Shown here piece by piece: positions 63,440 to 64,000 of a stretch of 64,000 nucleotides of DNA (position 1 is its first letter; every line of letters starts with the position of its first letter). The notes under the pieces were generated by a model. That model was not told where the DNA came from. It saw only the letters and a list, made by a program, of their open reading frames with translations, and did not search any database. Made by a program: the position numbers and the translations under genes. Location of the stretch: NCBI GenBank assembly GCA_001791995.1, contig MGFR01000003.1, positions 89,543 to 153,542 of the forward strand, in the 5' to 3' direction. This DNA is from Candidatus Woesebacteria bacterium RBG_13_46_13 (lineage in GTDB: Bacteria; Patescibacteriota; Microgenomatia; UBA8517).

Positions 63440-64000
63440 CTAGAGCTTTTCCACCTTAAACTCCCCAGATTTTAAATCCGAGGCCAAAGTCTTACTTTTG
63501 ATTCTTTGAATAAGATTTTTATCCGTAGGAATCCAGTCGCTATCAACGGATATCTTCTGGGTAAGATTTAGGCCCATATTCTTTCTTTCATCCTGAATTT
63601 TCCTTATTAACTCCCTGGCTTTGGCTTCTTCTTCCAACTCCGGTGTAATTTTGGCGTCAAGCTCAATTGTCCATTCCCCTGTTCCCGAGGTGAATTCGAC
63701 TTTTTTGACATTAACCTCATCCATAATAAGCTCCGTGAGTCCTTTTTCTTTCAATTCCAGATTCTTAACCGTCAATTTGCTTAAAGGCTGGCGGACTGGA
63801 ATCTTTAATTCTTTTCTTTTGCCGTGTGCCTTCTCTACAACCTGCCTGACAATTTCCATTTCAGCAACCAAAGCCTTATCGACCGTTAAATCCACAACCG
63901 GCCAGTCGGCCAGGTGGACAGACTCTTCTTTGTTTAAGTTTTTGTAGATTACTTCGGATACAACCGGCAGAAACGGAGCCAAAAGTTTGGCAAGGTTTAA
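63440..64000 (-). CDS. ileS: Class I aminoacyl-tRNA synthetase C-terminal region, probably isoleucyl-tRNA synthetase (partial, continues beyond the window)
   Basis: LAPFLPVVSEVIYKNL and a downstream editing/anticodon-binding-like region typical of the IleRS/ValRS C-terminus. The reading frame is open to the window end. Confidence 0.6.
   Translation of the reverse strand, partial: LNLAKLLAPFLPVVSEVIYKNLNKEESVHLADWPVVDLTVDKALVAEMEIVRQVVEKAHGKRKELKIPVRQPLSKLTVKNLELKEKGLTELIMDEVNVKKVEFTSGTGEWTIELDAKITPELEEEAKARELIRKIQDERKNMGLNLTQKISVDSDWIPTDKNLIQRIKSKTLASDLKSGEFKVEKL

Noticed and set aside
1-64000. CRISPR arrays, rRNA genes, transposases or integrases
   Set aside because: Scanned intergenic regions by eye for regularly spaced direct repeats and for recombinase motifs and found none. 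The only repeated non-coding element is the two-copy 53-nt element, whose copies lie 3.2 kb apart with genes between them, so it is not an array.

Overview
This 64-kb window reads as the chromosome of a small-genome bacterium with roughly 47-50% GC. Many core genes have a -10 element within ~10 nt of the ATG, consistent with leaderless or SD-poor starts (uvrB, pps, rplS, lepB). Most of the window is housekeeping, largely on the minus strand. The main blocks are listed below.

- **Repair:** a compact uvrC-uvrA-uvrB-lexA repair block.
- **Glycolysis / sugar phosphates:** a run of gpmI, eno, PEP synthase, PGI/PMI and PGM/PMM.
- **Replication / recombination:** holA-like, ruvC and dnaE.
- **Amidotransferase:** gatC-gatA-MFS-gatB.
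- **Membrane and DNA-repair proteins:** htpX, lemA and polX.
- **Ribosomal proteins:** L19, L21 and L27.
- **Division and secretion:** rodA, parB and lepB.
- **Purine interconversion:** a GMP-reductase/IMPDH-like gene, purB and purA.
- **Partial genes at the window ends:** a partial IleRS at the right end and a partial DUF360/holin-like gene at the left end.

Four tRNAs can be folded by hand: Asp-GTC, Gly-CCC and Thr-CGT on the plus strand, and Val-CAC on the minus strand.

The accessory content falls into five groups.

- **Tat-signal cell-wall toolkit (19.5-26.5 kb).** Six adjacent genes all begin with a near-identical K/E-R-LSRRDFLK twin-arginine N-terminus. They encode two polysaccharide deacetylases, two VanW paralogs (one fused to CHAP), an LCP protein and an Amidase_2/PGRP amidase.
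- **tRNA-punctuated surface-protein region (40.4-45.6 kb).** It contains a LysM protein, a 649-aa FN3 protein and an Ig-like protein, followed by a glycosylation locus with an O-antigen-ligase-like gene, a GT2, a GT39-like gene and a methyltransferase.
- **GC-rich island (52.03-56.35 kb).** It is about 57-60% GC and abuts tRNA-Val. Its genes carry canonical TTGxxx-N17-TATAAT promoters and AAGGAGG Shine-Dalgarno sequences, and two inverted-repeat operators share a TAGGA/TCCTA half-site. A ~53-nt structured 3'-end element occurs twice in the island and shows a compensatory stem change. One hypothetical gene lies on each side of the first copy, and one is a double zinc-ribbon membrane protein.
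- **Host-composition gene embedded in the island.** A bis-heme ferric-reductase-like membrane protein sits inside it.
- **GC-rich orphan gene.** It has the same canonical expression signals and sits just upstream of tRNA-Thr.

No CRISPR array, rRNA or obvious transposase was seen.
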